Shown in pieces: positions 60,434 to 64,000 of a stretch of 64,000 nt of DNA. A program made the position numbers and the translations under genes. The notes below the pieces were generated by a model. The model was not told where the DNA came from. It did not search any database and saw only the letters and a program-made list of their open reading frames with translations. The DNA comes from Patellaria atrata CBS 101060 (taxonomy: Eukaryota): positions 564,623 to 628,622 of the forward strand of contig MU006092.1 of NCBI GenBank assembly GCA_010093705.1. The letters run 5' to 3'. How positions within the stretch are numbered: the stretch's first letter is position 1; every line of letters begins with the position of its first letter.

Positions 60434-62090
60434 ATGGCTGTAGAGTCAAAGTCCAAGAAGCGCAGGGGTAAGTACTCACTGCGACTCCATCTTCAATAAC
60501 TTCTAACTAATTCTGCTAGGCGCTGAACCTCCTGTCGAAGAAAAGAAGAAGCTCAAGAAGAGCACCGAAGCTACAGCCGCGCCTGAAAAGGTTTCTAAGA
60601 AATCGAAAGCTGCTCCCCCCGAAATGTCCGGAGCTATCGTTGGGCTAATCAAAGACAAGAAGCATTCGAAGAAACGCCCCGCAGATGTTTTGATTGAAGA
60701 GCGTGAAGCGAAAATCGGGAATGGTGTAGAGGAAGCCCAGCCGAGTAGCAAGAAAGCAAAGAAGACTAAGAAGTCTGCACCTGAAGACAAAGTCGAGGTG
60801 GAAGCCAAAGATATCAACGGGGCAGCAAAAACTCAGCCGAATGGCAGGAAGGCAAAGAAGTCTAAGAAGACTGTCCCAGAAGAGGTTGTAGTGGTAGCGG
60901 AAGAAGTTGTTGTGAAGCAGCCCAGGAAGGAAAGGAAGAAGACGTCTGCGGCGGAGATCGAGGATGAAAAAATAACCGCACTCTCTAACGGCGCCACCAA
61001 GGAAGCTGACGTTGAGGACGAGGAAGAGGACGAGATCGACGATCAAACTGCAGCTCTACTCAAAGGTTTCGAGACCGACTCAGACGAAGACAAAGGCGAA
61101 GTCCAAAACCCAGATGCAGACGCTGTAGCAATCGATAAGGTCCCCGATATCCCATCCAGCAAGAAACTCCGCAAAAAACTTGATGCAGTATCTTCAGATG
61201 AAGAACCTGGTGTCATCTATATTGGGTAACATTTCCCCAATGCCCCCTTTACTCCATAAAATCACTGATATGTTTTTTTTAGACGTATCCCTCACGGCTT
61301 CTATGAACATCAAATGCGCGCATACTTCTCCCAGTTCGGCGAAATCCTCCGTCTGCGTCTGTCCCGCAACAAGAAAACCGGCCGCTCCAAACACTACGCC
61401 TTTGTCGAATTCGCGAATTTGTCTGTCGCGAAGATCGTCGCTGATACCATGAACAAATACCTCTTGTTCGGACATATCTTGCAAGTGAGGATGATCCCCA
61501 AGGATCAGGTGCATCCGGAGTTGTTCAAGAATGCAAACCGCCGCTTCAAAACGATCCCGCGAGCCAAGATTGAGGGACGCAAGCTCAGGTTGGGTATGGA
61601 GAGGGAAGGTTGGGAGAAGAGGGTCCAAAGGGAGTCGGAAAGGAGACAGAAGAAGGCGGAAAAGCTCAAGGAGTTTGGGTACGAGTTCGATGCACCAACG
61701 CCGAAGGGTGTTGATACCGTCCCAGTCCGTGAACAGAAGAGCTTAGAAAATGGTGGTGACGTCAAGTCGATCACCGAAGCGCCGGAAATTATTGAAGACG
61801 TTGTGAACGAGCCTGAAACCAAGAGGGCGAGGAAGCCAAGGAGGGCGAAGGCTGAGGCTAAGTCCATCACCGAGGCTCCGAAGGTGGTTGAGGAGGTTGT
61901 AACAAAGGTTGTGAGCGAACCTGATGCGGTGACCGTCGCAGAAGTCAAGAGCTCAAAGAAGGAGAAGAACGCCAGCAAGGGGAAGAAAGAGGAAGCTCCT
62001 AAGGTAGCAGAGGAGACTACCCAGGTTGAGGAGGTGACCAAAGACGGCAAGACGAAGAGGACGAAGAAGTCCAAGAAGGTCGTCGCTTGA
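60434..62090 (+). CDS. nop15: Nop15-like nucleolar RRM protein (60S biogenesis), 3 exons
   Basis: GVIYIG|RIPHGFYEHQMRAYFSQFGEILRLRLSRNKKTGRSKHYAFVEF..TMNKYLLFGHIL; K/E-rich flanks. Confidence 0.93.
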
Positions 62091-62602
62091 AGAATGTCTC
62101 CAAACTGTTCTCATGCCACTGCTATGACTGATGTCTTCACGGGATTGTTGATGCATTAGCGTCCAGCGGTCATATTAGCTTCGACTTGGGGAGCTGTTGC
62201 AGCCTTTCTAGGAAAATGTAATGTATGATGAGATTCCCCAGCGAATTTTCCGAGATACCCCCTACATTCGGGTTTATTTCAGCAGCGTGAAGTAGTTAGT
62301 TGCGAAGGTATCTCCCTCTTTGGGGAACCCGTACTGCATATAATGAAATGAATCAAGAACAAATTCTCCTGCAAAACATAGTGACACTATCATAATTCTC
62401 CCTTGTCATAATTGCCTAAGCGTGTTGTGGTTAAAACCATCCTCATTTTGATTATCCTACTTCTGTATTCAAGTACGGTATCCTCCCCATAATTTTCTAC
62501 TTTGGACACTCCGATTCCCTAGTTACATCTACTCCGAGCCCTCTCAACTCCTCTCTCATGCCCCAAACGCCACACCTATGCAATAAGGGTCCATCCAAAC
62601 AT

Positions 62603-63532
62603 CTATCTCACGATGAGGGCCGCACTTGGCACCATACCAGCCTCTTTCAGCGTCATACCAAAGTCAGTAGAATCGAAGACCTTCTTCGGAAAGTTCTGCG
62701 TGAAACTCTGCACCTCGAGTCCCGACTCGCTATTCAGAGCGTGGGCAACCTCGAAAAGAGTCGTCTCAACAGGGAAGTTCTTCATGACCGTCCCACTCGG
62801 AGTCTGCAGTCTAAGTCTCGTCTCGGTATACGCGGAAGCGGGTTTCGATGTCGTGGGCCCGTGAGACGTGGGACCGGTAACTTCAGGCTGCGGCGGAGGA
62901 GCGATCCCAGCCCGCGCAGCTTTCTCAGCGTCTGCCTTACGCTTCCGCTCCATCTTATCGGCTTCGATCTTCTCGAGGGCACGTTTACGGGCGTCGGCTT
63001 CGGCCTTCTTCTCCATCTTTGCTTTTTGCGCGTCTTTCAGTTGCTCCCTCTTGCGTAGATCCTCCTTGATGTCCGCCGACTCCTTTGTCGCCTTCCGTCT
63101 GATTTCCTCGTTTTTCTTCTTGTCCAGCTTGTCCTGTTCGCTACCCTCGGCCCGCTTTGCCGCCAGACGTGCCCGTAGCTCTTCCAGCTTGGCCTTCTTC
63201 TCCTCCTCGGTAAGTGGTGCGATTATCTCCGTGCTCTGCGAGAACTCATCGTGGCCGGACTTGGTGGCGTGGAACTGGGCCTCGCTCGCGTTGCGGAACT
63301 TCTTGCCGCACACGTCACACTGGAGACTGTTTGCTTGGGCGTCGGGATCGACTTCGGGGATGTTGGAGGTTGAGGACTCGGCGGCTTGCTCTTCTTGCAG
63401 CTCTTCAAGGGACTTCTCTTGGTTCTTGTCCAGCCAGTCGATGGCGGAGGTGAGGTTGCCCGAGGCTTTGAGCGCCATTTGCGCCCGCTTCTCTTCGAAG
63501 CCCATGTCGAGGAGATTTTGGAGGTCGGTCAT
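62603..63532 (-). CDS. UBA - C2H2 zinc finger - coiled coil - UBX protein (Cdc48/p97 adaptor, UBXN1/SAKS1-like)
   Basis: LLDMGF..A..AL..AIDWL (UBA), CDVCGKKF..AQFHATKSGH (C2H2), ETRLRLQT..FPKKVF..TLKEAGMVPSAALIV (UBX). The start could be 63550. Confidence 0.93.
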   Translation of the reverse strand: MTDLQNLLDMGFEEKRAQMALKASGNLTSAIDWLDKNQEKSLEELQEEQAAESSTSNIPEVDPDAQANSLQCDVCGKKFRNASEAQFHATKSGHDEFSQSTEIIAPLTEEEKKAKLEELRARLAAKRAEGSEQDKLDKKKNEEIRRKATKESADIKEDLRKREQLKDAQKAKMEKKAEADARKRALEKIEADKMERKRKADAEKAARAGIAPPPQPEVTGPTSHGPTTSKPASAYTETRLRLQTPSGTVMKNFPVETTLFEVAHALNSESGLEVQSFTQNFPKKVFDSTDFGMTLKEAGMVPSAALIVR

Positions 63533-64000
63533 TTTTGGCGACCTTTGCATTTGTGTGAGGCTAGTACCTGTAGATCTGATGGATCGGAGGAAGTCAGTAT
63601 GTTGTGGTGGGGAAAATGTTCGAGGTAGACCTTATATTGGGAGAAATCGTTGTGGAAATTTGGAGAATTTTGTTAAAGATTTACGTAGAGTTAGAAAGCT
63701 TACACTTACAGGGTTGTCAAGAGTTCCGTTCTATTCCCGAACGATGGTTGAATAAGTTGTGTTGTTGGTAGACATTTTCGATAAAGCTGTCGACAGCAGG
63801 CAACGAGGGGGAAACGGGGGGAAGATGCAAAACGTCAGAGGGAGCTGACTTGACGGACGGAGCGAGTGCAACTAATCCAAACCAAACCAGCCTCCTCCTA
63901 GATACCTCCGCCCTCACACACGAAGCCTGCTTTGGGATTATACTGCCTTGATACTGGAATAGCTCGGTGTAACGTACACCATTTCTAAGTTTCACCTCGA

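Noticed and set aside
61505..62074. 189-aa minus-strand ORF (and 60503-61046 ORFs)
   Set aside because: Antisense to the K/E-rich nop15 exons.
62868..63755. 295-aa plus-strand ORF
   Set aside because: Antisense shadow of the UBX gene; Ser/Ala/Phe-rich with no motif.

Overview
Eukaryotic, intron-containing DNA from a filamentous ascomycete (Pezizomycotina; the gene styles suggest a Eurotiomycete, but that is not proven). About 21 protein-coding genes can be supported. In order: the 5' end of a cytochrome P450 running off the left edge with an in-frame TAG, an aldehyde dehydrogenase spanning a 115-N gap, Axl2, NADP-glutamate dehydrogenase, an aldo-keto reductase, a conserved hypothetical protein, a Pro-rich protein with a possible PemK/MazF-like domain, Kex1, Rad52, an unknown membrane glycoprotein, a steroid 5-alpha-reductase-like protein, a GPI protein, Lto1, Rae1/Gle2, a truncated AROM-derived protein, a Zn2Cys6 transcription factor, a second GPI protein, a Pth11-like receptor/FucP-type MFS fusion, a second aldo-keto reductase, a protealysin-like M4 protease, Cox18, Nop15 and a UBA-C2H2-UBX protein. 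There is also a Ty3/gypsy RNase H relic, a probable MITE and several tandem repeats. The most interesting block is 40.9-54.5 kb. It holds an AROM-derived protein with an apparently intact type I dehydroquinase but degenerate kinase and dehydrogenase domains, next to a Zn2Cys6 factor whose upstream sequence has an ATF4/GCN4-like two-uORF layout and three phased CreA-type sites. A receptor-transporter fusion with a similar uORF layout follows. All family calls come from recognised motifs, not database searches, and exon boundaries were inferred by eye.
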